From an uncultured Planctomycetota bacterium (GTDB lineage: Bacteria > Planctomycetota > Planctomycetia > Isosphaerales > Isosphaeraceae), in assembly GCA_963823665.1 (NCBI GenBank), contig CAWGMQ010000008.1:1504001-1568000 (forward strand): a stretch of DNA of 64,000 bases, read 5' to 3'. The translations under genes were made by a program, and so were the position numbers. This document shows positions 43,821-53,400 of the stretch, one piece after another (the stretch's first letter is position 1; each line of letters starts with the position of its first letter). Under the pieces are notes generated by a model. It was not told where the DNA came from. It did not search any database and saw only the letters and a program-made list of their open reading frames with translations.

Positions 43821-45083
43821 GTGGGGCGTCGGAATGAACGCGACGTGCCCAGGTGGGGAGCAAAGGAGTCGATCCGGTCTGCCACCGAAGCGGCTCGGCG
43901 CGTTCTCCTTGCACAACACCGTGAGTCGGATGAGCGTTGCGTGGCGTGGGATTCGCTGAAAAAATGGCTCCGGTCCGGTCCCGGCAAGGACGCAGGCCGC
44001 GGCGCGGTTCCGCCCGCGGTCCGCTGGCTTGGCCCGGACGAGAATCCCTGGGGCGTGCCGGTGCTTGACGTCCGGCCGGTCACGCTCGGCATGATTTCCA
44101 CAACTCAGCATGAGCAATGCGCCCTCAATGCGATGTCATTCGCGCAAGATGATGGGACAGGTTTCATAGGCGCGGAACCCAAAGTGCCGCGACGGAGTGC
44201 GGTCGGGCTAAGATTCCGTATCGACCGCTTTCTCGCCGATGGCGCGCTCTTCTTGCCAACTGAAATGGAACACAAGTGGGCGCTTTATTTTCGTGGCGGG
44301 AAGATCATCTGCATCCGAAGCTGGAAGCGAGAGGTTGTGGCCGTCGCGGATTCTCGGATCGCGGGCGACCTCCTGGAAATCACCACGATTCGCGGAGCGC
44401 TCGTCTCCGAAGACGACGAACCTGCGTTCGCCGTCCGCGTGCTGGATTTCCTGCTCTGCAGCCATGCCCTTGACATGATCTATCCAGCGCCGCTGCCTTC
44501 GGGCATGGAATCCGATCCATCACTAGCCGCCTTCTGGTGCATGTCGTGCTTCGGCAACCGTGCCCATTTCGCCACGCCGTATCCGCTTCCGGAAAACCTG
44601 CCGGAAAAGCCATTGCGGACTCACTCTTTGCTGCACATCGCGGTGGCGCGTGGAGATTCAGCCGCGGTCAGGCGGCTGCTCGATTCCGGCCTGCCGGTCG
44701 ACCTTCTCGCCCGTGATGGCCTCGCGCCTCTGCACTGGGCGATCGCGCGCGAAGACACCTCCATGCTCAGCCTGTTACTTGAGCGCGGCTCTCCGGTTGA
44801 CGTGCGCTCGATTGAAGGCGCGACACCCCTGATGAACGCAGCTCAGGGACGGAGCTTGCAGAAAGTCGCTTACTTTCTCGACCACGGGGCTGACCCGAAC
44901 GCCACGGACGGACGGGGATTCACGACACTCCATCGCGCGGCCGAGATGGGCGAGATGGAAATCGTTCGCATGCTGCTTGATAGGGGAGCTTCGCGCCATG
45001 CGGAAGCGCAGGGACAGACCCCACGGAGCCTTGCTGCGTCGCGTGGTGAATCGGCAATCATTGAGCTGCTGGATGGCCCGTAA
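43821..45083 (+). CDS. Ankyrin-repeat protein with an uncharacterised N-terminal domain (start uncertain)
   Basis: LLHIAV, GLAPLHWA, GATPLMNA and GFTTLHRAA ankyrin repeats; N-terminal MEHKWALYF motif. Confidence 0.85.
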   Translation: MGRRNERDVPRWGAKESIRSATEAARRVLLAQHRESDERCVAWDSLKKWLRSGPGKDAGRGAVPPAVRWLGPDENPWGVPVLDVRPVTLGMISTTQHEQCALNAMSFAQDDGTGFIGAEPKVPRRSAVGLRFRIDRFLADGALFLPTEMEHKWALYFRGGKIICIRSWKREVVAVADSRIAGDLLEITTIRGALVSEDDEPAFAVRVLDFLLCSHALDMIYPAPLPSGMESDPSLAAFWCMSCFGNRAHFATPYPLPENLPEKPLRTHSLLHIAVARGDSAAVRRLLDSGLPVDLLARDGLAPLHWAIAREDTSMLSLLLERGSPVDVRSIEGATPLMNAAQGRSLQKVAYFLDHGADPNATDGRGFTTLHRAAEMGEMEIVRMLLDRGASRHAEAQGQTPRSLAASRGESAIIELLDGP

Positions 45084-45119
45084 AACATCGTTCGCGTAAA
45101 CAGCCCCGGAGAGAGAACG

Positions 45120-46466
45120 TTGCCAGCTTTGCAAGCCTTGGCCCGCGAAGTAGGCCGCTATAGCTTTCGTTTCCTGCTCTTCTACTGGATTTGCTTTGCA
45201 TTTCCGTTTCCTCTGGATCTCGTCGGCCTCCCGCTTCAACTTGTTGATCCGCAGAATCAGCCAGCTTGGATGACGGCCGCCGGCGGGAAGTACGGCGAGG
45301 CCTATTCGTGGCTTAGCCGGGTTCAGAACGAAACCTGCACATGGGTTGGTGGTCGAATTCTGCACGTCGAGGTGATTATTCAGCCGACAGGCAGCGGCGA
45401 CACGATGCGGGCGTATGTCGGCTGCCTTTGCGCGGTCGTCATCGCCGCCGTTGCGGCCGCGTTGTGGACTGGTGTCGTGCTGCTCGTGCAGCGGTGGAAA
45501 CCTGACTGGGGGCCGGACCGGCGCCTGCACGCGCTCATCCGGGTGCACGTCCGCTTCTTCCTGTGCGTGATGCTTCTCGGCTACGGATTTGCCAAGGTAT
45601 TCCCGCTCCAGTTTCCCGAGCCGAGCTCCTTTCGACTCGGTCAGCAACTGGGAGACATGTCGCCCATGGGCTTGCTCTGGACCTTCATGGGCTTCTCACC
45701 ACGATATCAGATCTTTACCGGAGCGGTCGAAGCACTGGCCGGGCTCTTGCTCACAACGCGGCGAACGACACTGCTGGGCGCGCTCGTCACGCTGGTGGGG
45801 ATGACGCACATCTTCGCGCTGAATATGTGCTTCGATGTGCCTGTAAAACTTTATTCGTTCAACTATCTCATGATGGCTGTTTTTTTGGTCGCTCCGGAAC
45901 TCCCTCGGTTCATCCGTGTGTTGGTGCTGGGCAAGGCCGCTCCCGAGGAACCGTTCACGCCGTTGCTCGGCAATGTCAAGCTCGATCGACTCGCCGTCGT
46001 GCTGCGGACGCTCCTCGTGGTCGCGTTGCTCTATGGCCAAATCCAGAGAGGCTATAAGCGCTGGAGTGACATAAATGGTGGCCCCCCGGCTCCCGTGGTT
46101 GGCCGTTGGGAACTCGTCACGATGCAGGTCGACAAGACGGAACCGGGCAATGACGACCCCCTGAACTGGAGCTGGCTCGACTTCAGCAACAGGAAGACCA
46201 TGAGGCTCGCCGGGCCGAAGCCGCCGACCGTGGCTTACTTAATCACCTGGGATACCCCAGGAAAGAAGCTCACCCTGGCCAAGGTCAGGGATCCCAAGTG
46301 GTCGGCGACGTTCAAGTACGACCTACCAGAGCCGGAAAAGCTGGAGCTCGAGGGTTCAATGGATGGCAAGGCGATAACCGCGACGCTGAAACGCGCGCCG
46401 GAGAAACGCCACGAGCTCATGAACCGCGACTTTCACTGGATTTCTGAGCTCCCGTACAATCGCTGA
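45120..46466 (+). CDS. DoxX-like membrane protein
   Basis: GSGDT, YGFAKVFPLQFP, LGDMSPMGLLWTFMGFS, NMCFDVPVK and C-terminal LMNRDFHWISE.PYNR. Confidence 0.78.
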   Translation: MPALQALAREVGRYSFRFLLFYWICFAFPFPLDLVGLPLQLVDPQNQPAWMTAAGGKYGEAYSWLSRVQNETCTWVGGRILHVEVIIQPTGSGDTMRAYVGCLCAVVIAAVAAALWTGVVLLVQRWKPDWGPDRRLHALIRVHVRFFLCVMLLGYGFAKVFPLQFPEPSSFRLGQQLGDMSPMGLLWTFMGFSPRYQIFTGAVEALAGLLLTTRRTTLLGALVTLVGMTHIFALNMCFDVPVKLYSFNYLMMAVFLVAPELPRFIRVLVLGKAAPEEPFTPLLGNVKLDRLAVVLRTLLVVALLYGQIQRGYKRWSDINGGPPAPVVGRWELVTMQVDKTEPGNDDPLNWSWLDFSNRKTMRLAGPKPPTVAYLITWDTPGKKLTLAKVRDPKWSATFKYDLPEPEKLELEGSMDGKAITATLKRAPEKRHELMNRDFHWISELPYNR

Positions 46467-46494
46467 CCCGCGACTCCATGCTGCGCTCAATCTG

Positions 46495-47184
46495 TCACTT
46501 GATGAAATTGTTGACCTGGCCATTGTAGTAGACTTCGAGTGGGTCGCGATCGACGGCACCTGGGCCAAGGTCGGTATCGGGATTCGGGCCGAGGTTGGCT
46601 GTGAGAATCTGCTCGTCGCCGGATAAGGCTCGCTGAAGCGGCCCAGTCACCCTGGCCGTCCGGGCGACGACGTGCACCTGAGCGATCGTCTGACTGATGA
46701 GCGGAGCCGAGCCCGGCACGTCAGCCAGGTATTGTTCGAGCGTGCTCTCGTCGTTGGACCAGGTTTCGGGCCGATCCAGAGTCGGGTGGAACGCCTCGTC
46801 GACCGCGTCTTGCACGCGGTTCTTGTCGCTCGCAGTGGCATCGGAATCGAGTCCCGCGGACTGGACCAGATCGTCGAGAGCGGCTTCGTCCGTGGCGAGC
46901 ATGCCGGCCTGGTTCTGGCTGACGTGCGAATGGCCCTCGGCACGAGCCAGCGCGGACTGGAAACGCGCGAAAATCTTTGGGTCGAGGGACTGGAGAATCG
47001 CGGCCGCATTCGACACGGCCGTCGCCGCCGGCACAGGGAGGACAGCCGCTGCGCCTGAGAGAAGCTGGCGGCAGTCAAGCGCCTCGCAGCCGATTACCGC
47101 CTTGCTGCGCGATACGCGGCGCATTTCTCGTTTGACGCCGGCTTGACGGAACAAACGCAACCAACCCCATGACGAGCGATCCAT
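46495..47184 (-). CDS. Hypothetical exported protein with planctomycete LEPRxLL-type motif
   Basis: CEALDCRQLLS after a basic N-terminus; GGAGGT upstream of the ATG at 47184. Confidence 0.65.
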   Translation of the reverse strand: MDRSSWGWLRLFRQAGVKREMRRVSRSKAVIGCEALDCRQLLSGAAAVLPVPAATAVSNAAAILQSLDPKIFARFQSALARAEGHSHVSQNQAGMLATDEAALDDLVQSAGLDSDATASDKNRVQDAVDEAFHPTLDRPETWSNDESTLEQYLADVPGSAPLISQTIAQVHVVARTARVTGPLQRALSGDEQILTANLGPNPDTDLGPGAVDRDPLEVYYNGQVNNFIK

Positions 47185-47489
47185 CGCGATACCTCCGTGT
47201 ACAAGCGCCAACAGGTGGCGTTTCTGAATGACGGCCGCCATGCGAGCCAAAATATACAATTTCCTGATTTCGGGAAGCGAAAGTCCCGTTTCTTGGCTTG
47301 CCGAGAGCCGGGGCGCCTTCCCGACGCATGGACGCTACGCCGTCGTGACGGCCAGGGTTCGAATCGGGGTTTGGTGTAGTCAGCAAATTGGTGACGGCGG
47401 CCGTCGCAGCCCGAATCTTTGATTCCACCGGCTGCCAGCAGCTTGAGTTGGCCCGCCGTCGCAAGTAGAATCCCTGGCAGAGCAACGGC

Positions 47490-47655
47490 GAGAGCTGGTT
47501 GCGAACAGAACCACAAGAACCTGCTTGGCGAACGGGAACCCGGTGCGAATCCGGGGCAGACGTGCTGCTGTAACGGCCGAAAGTACCTCGACAAATGTGC
47601 CACTGCGAGAGCGGGAAGGCGTCGGGGCGGCCGAAGCCAGAAGACCGGCCGGGCG
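47490..47655 (+). promoter_or_regulatory. Cobalamin (B12) riboswitch
   Basis: GGGAA-CCCGGTGCGAATCCGGGG, CTGTAA, GCCACTG..GGGAAGGC and the B12 box AAGCCAGAAGACCGGCC; upstream of B12-related genes. 5' boundary approximate. Confidence 0.9.
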
Positions 47656-47793
47656 GGGGCATCGTCGTCCTCACGATCTGGGAACCGATGCAACTGGGCC
47701 CGCCGCGATGAGCCGGCTCCCGGTTGTGTCCTTTTCCTGAAGGACATGTCCGGGAGCCGGTTGCTTTTGATGAGCGAGCGGGGAGATGGGCGG

Positions 47794-48534
47794 ATGAGCA
47801 CAGATCATGGCAAGCCGACGCCGGTGGTCATGTCGTGGAGCGGCGGCAAAGACAGCGCGCTGGCTTTGCACGAGCTTCGGAGCGACCCGCGTTACGAGGT
47901 CGTCGCCCTGATGACGTCCGTATCCGAGGAGTTTCGCCGTATCAGCCATCATGGCGTGCGCGAGGAGCTGCTCGAAGCACAGGCCGAGGCCATCGGGCTG
48001 CCGCTCACCAAGATTTACCTTCCCTCGGGCAACACCACGCCGTGCACGAATGAGGTTTACGAGGAGATCATGGCGAAGGTCATGGACAACTTCCGGTCGC
48101 GCGGCGTCTACACCGTGGGCTTCGGCGACCTCTTTCTCGAAGACCTGCGGGCCTGGCGGGAGGCAAACCTGGCGAAAGCCGGCATGACCGGACTTTTTCC
48201 GATCTGGAAACGCGACACGCACCAATTGCCGCGGCAGATCATCGCAATGGGTTTCAAAGCCATCCTTTCGTGCGTCGAAGGAAAGGTCGGAACGGGGTTC
48301 GCCGGGCGAGCGTATGACGACGACCTGCTCAACGATCTACCGGAGGGCATCGATCCCTGCGGCGAATATGGTGAGTTTCATTCGTTCGTGTACGACGGGC
48401 CGTGTTTTGGCCGGCGGCTCGCGGTGAACGTCGGCGACATCGTGACGCGGGACGGCCGGGAGTATGCGGACTTGCTCCTGGCCGAGACCCTTGTGCAGGC
48501 GTCGTGCGCCGCGAGTGAGATCCCGCCGGTTTGA
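47794..48534 (+). CDS. Dph6/MJ0570-related PP-loop ATP pyrophosphatase (adenine nucleotide alpha-hydrolase)
   Basis: SWSGGKDS, HGVR..LL..QA, FGDLFLED and DPCGEYGEFHSFVYDGP. Confidence 0.88.
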   Translation: MSTDHGKPTPVVMSWSGGKDSALALHELRSDPRYEVVALMTSVSEEFRRISHHGVREELLEAQAEAIGLPLTKIYLPSGNTTPCTNEVYEEIMAKVMDNFRSRGVYTVGFGDLFLEDLRAWREANLAKAGMTGLFPIWKRDTHQLPRQIIAMGFKAILSCVEGKVGTGFAGRAYDDDLLNDLPEGIDPCGEYGEFHSFVYDGPCFGRRLAVNVGDIVTRDGREYADLLLAETLVQASCAASEIPPV

Positions 48535-48571
48535 TGAAAGACATGAGCTTTCGGAGATTGGAGGCTTTGAC

Positions 48572-49138
48572 ATGAACAAGAGATTGATTGTGCTCGTGGG
48601 GATTACCTTGGCGGCTGCGCTTGCCAGGCTGCTGCCGCATGAGCCGAACGTCACGCCGATCGCGGCGATGGCTCTCTTCGGTGGAGCGTGTTTCCGGAAT
48701 CGAAGGATGGCCTACTTGCTTCCGCTCGCCGCCATGCTGCTGAGCGACCTGGTTCTGGGGCTCACGCGATACGATCTGATGCGTCTGCTTGCGATTCAGC
48801 CGGTTGTCTATGCATGCTTCCTCATGACGACGGCCTTCGGGCGCCTCGTCACGGACCGGAGGTCGATTTTGCAGGTCGGTGGGGCCATGCTGGCCGGTTC
48901 GATCTTATTCTACGTGGTGACGAATTTCGCCGTGTGGGCCGGGGGCGAGATGAGCAACCTGTACCCGCTGACGGCGTCTGGCCTGGCGGATTGCTACGTC
49001 GCGGCGATTCCCTATTTCCGCAACAGCCTCGCGGGTGATTTCGGCTACGCCGTGATTCTGTTCGGCGGCTTGGCGGTGCTGGAGAGTCGAGTGGCCTGGA
49101 TGCGCGAGGGTGTCGCAAAGGCGACGGCAAGCGCGTAG
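48572..49138 (+). CDS. DUF6580-like putative transporter membrane component
   Basis: RLLPH.PN.TPIAAMALFGG, SILFYVVTNFAVW and YP.T..GL..CY.AAIPYFRN. Confidence 0.8.
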   Translation: MNKRLIVLVGITLAAALARLLPHEPNVTPIAAMALFGGACFRNRRMAYLLPLAAMLLSDLVLGLTRYDLMRLLAIQPVVYACFLMTTAFGRLVTDRRSILQVGGAMLAGSILFYVVTNFAVWAGGEMSNLYPLTASGLADCYVAAIPYFRNSLAGDFGYAVILFGGLAVLESRVAWMREGVAKATASA

Positions 49139-49151
49139 AGCGGGGGGCTGC

Positions 49152-50291
49152 ATGCGCGTCATTTCCTTGCTGGCCAGCGGTACCGAGATCGTCTGTGGCT
49201 TGGGCGCCGGCGAGTGGTTAGTCGGCCGGTCGCACGAATGCGACAACCCGGCCTGGGTGTCCGAGCTTCCGGCGTGCACAAAACCCACGTTCGACATTTC
49301 GATGTCGAGCCGTCAGATCGACGAGGAAGTGCGGCGCCGGTTGAAGGCACGCGAGCCGCTTTATCACATCGACACGGAGCTGATCAATTCGCTGGACCCG
49401 GATCTGCTGATCACGCAGGAGCACTGCGAGGTGTGCGCCGTGACGCCGGCTGACGTCAAGCGGGCTGGGTGTGTTTCCGCCAAAGAGGTGCTGGCGTTAC
49501 AAGCCGGTAGCGTGCAGGGGATTTTCGATGGCATTTTTTCGATTGGCCGTGCCTTGGGCCGCGAAGAGAAGGCGAGCAACCTCGTGCGGACAATGAGAAA
49601 CCGCATTGATGGAGTTCATGCTGCGGTCAAGGACCGGCGGGCGCCAAGCGTCGTGGCGCTGGAATGGACCGAACCGATCTTCGCGATGGGCAACTGGGGG
49701 CCGGAGCTGGTCGAAGCGGCCAATGGCCGGCTGTTGCTGGGCGAGAAAGGTGCCTATTCGACGGCGATCGACTGGCAGCGGGTGTGCGACGCCGACCCGG
49801 AGTTCCTGATCATCGCGCCATGCGGATTCGATCTGGATCGCACCCTCAGCGAGCTGCCGATGCTTGAAGCACAGCCGGGCTGGTTTGACCTGCGGGCAGT
49901 GCGCGAAGGGAAAGTCGCTTTCGCCGACGGCAACAAGTACTTCAACCGATCCGGCACGACGATCGTGGAGACGGTGGAGATCGTCGCGGAGATTCTCCAC
50001 GGCTATGCAGCCGGCCACCGGGGCAGGGCGTGGGTAAGCTACGCCTGCCTCGGGCAGACACGATTGATTCGCGAAGCGCATGCGCGGGCATGCGCAAAGA
50101 ACTCGCCAACCTATGTCGATCCGGTGACGGGATACGACGTTTTCACGGCTGATTTCTTGAGGCGACGTAGCGAGTGCTGTGAGAGCCGGTGCCGGCACTG
50201 CCCTTACTCGGCGGGGCACGTTGATGAATCAAGCGCACGCAAGAACTGCCAGACTCACACGAAAGATGGCAAAGAGTCGGTGGCGTTTTGA
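49152..50291 (+). CDS. BtuF-like cobalamin-binding protein fused to a C-terminal DUF5522-like Cys motif
   Basis: RVISLLASGTEIVCGLG..LVGRSHECD, PDLLITQ..CEVCAV, EWTEP and YFNRSG; tail YVDPVTGY.VFT..FL.RR..CC...CRHCPY. Confidence 0.82.
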   Translation: MRVISLLASGTEIVCGLGAGEWLVGRSHECDNPAWVSELPACTKPTFDISMSSRQIDEEVRRRLKAREPLYHIDTELINSLDPDLLITQEHCEVCAVTPADVKRAGCVSAKEVLALQAGSVQGIFDGIFSIGRALGREEKASNLVRTMRNRIDGVHAAVKDRRAPSVVALEWTEPIFAMGNWGPELVEAANGRLLLGEKGAYSTAIDWQRVCDADPEFLIIAPCGFDLDRTLSELPMLEAQPGWFDLRAVREGKVAFADGNKYFNRSGTTIVETVEIVAEILHGYAAGHRGRAWVSYACLGQTRLIREAHARACAKNSPTYVDPVTGYDVFTADFLRRRSECCESRCRHCPYSAGHVDESSARKNCQTHTKDGKESVAF

Positions 50292-50446
50292 CCTGTCGCT
50301 GAGAACCGCCACGCGCACCGTCTGCGGGACCTTTTGCGCGGTCGGCCGTCGTTTCCAATCTCAAGCGCCGGCGCCATCCCTGGCCGTGCCCCCGGCGGCG
50401 AATTAGCGATCTCGCCGCTGGAAAATGGGAATGTGCTAGGGTATAA

Positions 50447-50644
50447 GTGAAAACTGGAGATCTGAGGGACAGAATCCCGATAATCGAAGGTCCTTATCGC
50501 GGGGTTTCCGCAAGAGCCGCCCACTTCCGAGACGTCGCCGAGTATGTCCGTTGCGAATGGGATCGGCCCGGAGTTCGAGTTAGATGGCCAGGGAAATCTG
50601 CTTCTCAGATCGAAACGTCGTCCATGATTATTTTGGTACATTGA
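50447..50644 (+). CDS. Short ORF, possibly a frameshifted N-terminal extension of the HPRT
   Basis: 65-aa ORF overlapping the HPRT ORF in another frame; no motif recognised. Confidence 0.3.
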   Translation: MKTGDLRDRIPIIEGPYRGVSARAAHFRDVAEYVRCEWDRPGVRVRWPGKSASQIETSSMIILVH

Positions 50645-51174
50645 TCTGTGAGCTCATTTCTACGGAGGAGATCTCGGAGAGAGTCAAGGAGATGGCGGCG
50701 GAGATAGGAACGGACTACGCCAACAAGACCCCTCTGGTCGTCGGCATGTTGAAGGGCGCCTGGATCTTCATGGCGGACCTTGTGCGTGCAATCCCTATCC
50801 CGGTGGAGTGTGATTTCTTGAAGGTGTCCACGTATGGACTAGCGACGTCTTTCTCGGGTCACGTCGACCTGCAGCTTGACCTCCGACGGGACATCCGGAA
50901 CGAGCACGTGCTGATCGTCGAGGACGTGATCGACACGGGGGAGGGCACGACCTGGCAGCTCAACCGCCTTCGCGAGAAGGGCCCAGCGAGTTTGCGTGTC
51001 TGTGCTCTAATGAGCAAACCTTCACGACGAAAGGTTCCAGTCGAGATCAACTATTTGGGGTTCACGATCCCTGACTGTTTCGTGGTTGGCTATGGCATTG
51101 ATAAGGGCGAGCGATTCCGCGAGCTCGATTACGTTGGGTATTGCGCCGCGGTCGATGTAGTAGTGGCCGACTGA
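50584..51174 (+). CDS. hpt: Hypoxanthine phosphoribosyltransferase-like protein
   Basis: VGMLKGAWIFMADL, DFLKVSTYG, PRPP loop VLIVEDVIDTG and FVVGYGID..ERFREL. Confidence 0.88.
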   Translation: MAREICFSDRNVVHDYFGTLICELISTEEISERVKEMAAEIGTDYANKTPLVVGMLKGAWIFMADLVRAIPIPVECDFLKVSTYGLATSFSGHVDLQLDLRRDIRNEHVLIVEDVIDTGEGTTWQLNRLREKGPASLRVCALMSKPSRRKVPVEINYLGFTIPDCFVVGYGIDKGERFRELDYVGYCAAVDVVVAD

Positions 51175-51274
51175 CAGCGCTCAATGCACCCGACCAAGGC
51201 AGGGCGCTTCTTGCTGTCTCGTGGATGAGAATCATCAGCCGGACCGCGCGAGTTTCCCACGCAGGTGGTGAAGG

Positions 51275-51928
51275 ATGAATACCGCACACGGGATCCCAGC
51301 ATGCCCCTTTTGCCTGTACATCATTAAGGGGCCCGTGACGGTGTTGTCGGAAGACAGCACCTGTGTCGTCCAACGAGGGTCGCACTTCGCCCTGATACCC
51401 GACGACGCGCCCGTCGTTCCCTTTCACCTCTTGGTGGTTAGTTGTAAACACTCGTGCAGGAGCATAATGGCGAAGCAAGACCAAGGGGGCGAACTCGCGG
51501 ATATGAAGGAGGCCGTCAGGCTTTTTAATCGCCGGACGACCGGGTTCGAGACAATGTTCTTTGAGCATGGCAGTTGCGTGGAAGAGAGCGGCTCTTCGTG
51601 TCTGGTTCATGGGCACCTCCACGCGGTGCCGCTCTCACAAGAACATCGCACAGCAGTCTTCCGCGAAGTATTGCGCCTCTTGGGCTGCCCTGACGCCGCG
51701 CAGATAGAGTCCTCGGCTTACCTTTACGCTGAATTCGTTGAAGGTCAAGGTCTGTACTGGTCAGACGTATTGAAAAGGCGACAGTTTTTCCGACTCCTTA
51801 TTGCGCAAGCGACGGGCAATGCAGATCGCGCCAGATGGCAGACTTGTTTGTCCAACGAGAGGCTGTCTGAAGCGGGCGCACGATGGAAGAATGAGTGTGT
51901 AAAGGCTTGGAGAGACGGCGCGAGCTAG
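51275..51928 (+). CDS. HIT-like (Cwf19/CwfJ-type) nucleotide hydrolase
   Basis: CPFC, P..P.HLLVV..KH, FFEHG and HGHLHAVP histidine triad. Confidence 0.75.
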   Translation: MNTAHGIPACPFCLYIIKGPVTVLSEDSTCVVQRGSHFALIPDDAPVVPFHLLVVSCKHSCRSIMAKQDQGGELADMKEAVRLFNRRTTGFETMFFEHGSCVEESGSSCLVHGHLHAVPLSQEHRTAVFREVLRLLGCPDAAQIESSAYLYAEFVEGQGLYWSDVLKRRQFFRLLIAQATGNADRARWQTCLSNERLSEAGARWKNECVKAWRDGAS

Positions 51929-52080
51929 GGCAGATCTCGACTCGGCGCTCGACGAGCGCTGCGAACGATCAGGGGCGTCGCAATCCGCACGGGTCGCGCT
52001 ATAGAACTTGGCCCTCGTTAGTCACTCGTGAGTTGTGCCTGCGATGCACTCTGCCTGATTAACCCCGGTGTTCTCAGAAC

Positions 52081-53349
52081 ATGACGTTTCCAACGGGGTT
52101 CGCGGTTGATTATGACGGGAATGGGATCCCACGGAAACTTCCGTTGATCGAGTTTCTGGCGCGATCCCTCGGCACGACGGTCAGCCGACCACTCCGTGAC
52201 TTCCTCTTCCTCGGAGTGCAACACCTCACCGGCTCCGCCGTGCCACTCTTCCACGCACTCGCCGATGCCGGCATCCCGTACCATCGAATGTTCCTCGTCG
52301 GTAAAGCATACTCTTCCCACCCGAAAGTAATATCGTGTTTGACCGGGCTCGGTTGTCGGCTATCGAACGACGCTACGATGCTCTCGCCCTCAAACCCGTA
52401 CGAGGACGAGATCGAGTCCGAGATCGAACGGCAATTGACAAAAGTGTCGGGACTCTTGGACCGGTCGGCCGATATTTCCGCTCTGGTATTCGACGAGGGG
52501 GGCAAGGCGGTACGCGCCATTCATCAGACGTTCCGCGGCCAGGCACGACGGTTTCACTGCGTTGAACAGACGACGCGGGGCCTGCGTGAATTTACGGGCG
52601 GGTCATTGCTTTGCCCGGTCATCAACGTGGCTCGTAGCAACGCGAAGATGGAAATCGAAGCGCCGATCATCGCCAGGTCGATGGTCGCGGCGTTGGAGGA
52701 GGCCCGTTCTGAATGGCGGCCGATTTACGACGCTCCACTCAACGACGCCCTGGTGATCGGTTACGGAGTCGTTGGGCGAAACCTCGTGAAAGAACTCCTT
52801 TCGCGCGGCTACCGGGTGCGAGTATTCGAGAAAGCGGAATATGTTCTCGACTCTCTCCCTTCGGGGGAAAAGGCGTCCCGGGTGGAGAAACTCGAAAGTG
52901 AGCTTTCCGAAGTACCAATCGTAATGGGATGCACGGGTGGCCTATGCTTATCAGACGCCGCCTTTTGCGCATTACGTGACGGCGCGCTTCTTGTTAACTG
53001 CGCTTCCTCCGACCTTGAGTTCGCGGCGTGGAGGTTCCGGACGATCGGTAGGGTGATCCACACGCGTTCGACTTCCGGAGATCACGAGTTGCAACCTTGG
53101 AAGAATCTGTACTCTGTGCAGAGCGGCCTGCGGACGTTTTACCTCGCCAACGGTGGATTTCCTATCAATTTCTCGGGTAAGCTCGACCCAATTGCTCCAG
53201 AGGAAATCCAGTTAACGCGGGCATTGATGTATTCGGCGGGCCTTCAGGCCGTCGCAACGCAAGAGGCCGGACTGTTGCCGCTTTCAGAAGGAGCCCAGGT
53301 TATGATCAGTGAATGGATCCGCGGCCGGGAAGCGCACGAACACCACTAA
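52081..53349 (+). CDS. Divergent S-adenosylhomocysteine hydrolase-like NAD-binding protein
   Basis: QHL, DEGG (cf. DDGG), EQTTRG (cf. EETTTG), PVINVARS..K, Rossmann IGYGVVG, GCTG, LVNCASSDLE and G.PINF. Confidence 0.72.
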   Translation: MTFPTGFAVDYDGNGIPRKLPLIEFLARSLGTTVSRPLRDFLFLGVQHLTGSAVPLFHALADAGIPYHRMFLVGKAYSSHPKVISCLTGLGCRLSNDATMLSPSNPYEDEIESEIERQLTKVSGLLDRSADISALVFDEGGKAVRAIHQTFRGQARRFHCVEQTTRGLREFTGGSLLCPVINVARSNAKMEIEAPIIARSMVAALEEARSEWRPIYDAPLNDALVIGYGVVGRNLVKELLSRGYRVRVFEKAEYVLDSLPSGEKASRVEKLESELSEVPIVMGCTGGLCLSDAAFCALRDGALLVNCASSDLEFAAWRFRTIGRVIHTRSTSGDHELQPWKNLYSVQSGLRTFYLANGGFPINFSGKLDPIAPEEIQLTRALMYSAGLQAVATQEAGLLPLSEGAQVMISEWIRGREAHEHH

Positions 53350-53400
53350 TGCTCTCGGGGAGGTTTTGCCCGGAAACTCACTCCCGCGGAGAACCGAGCG

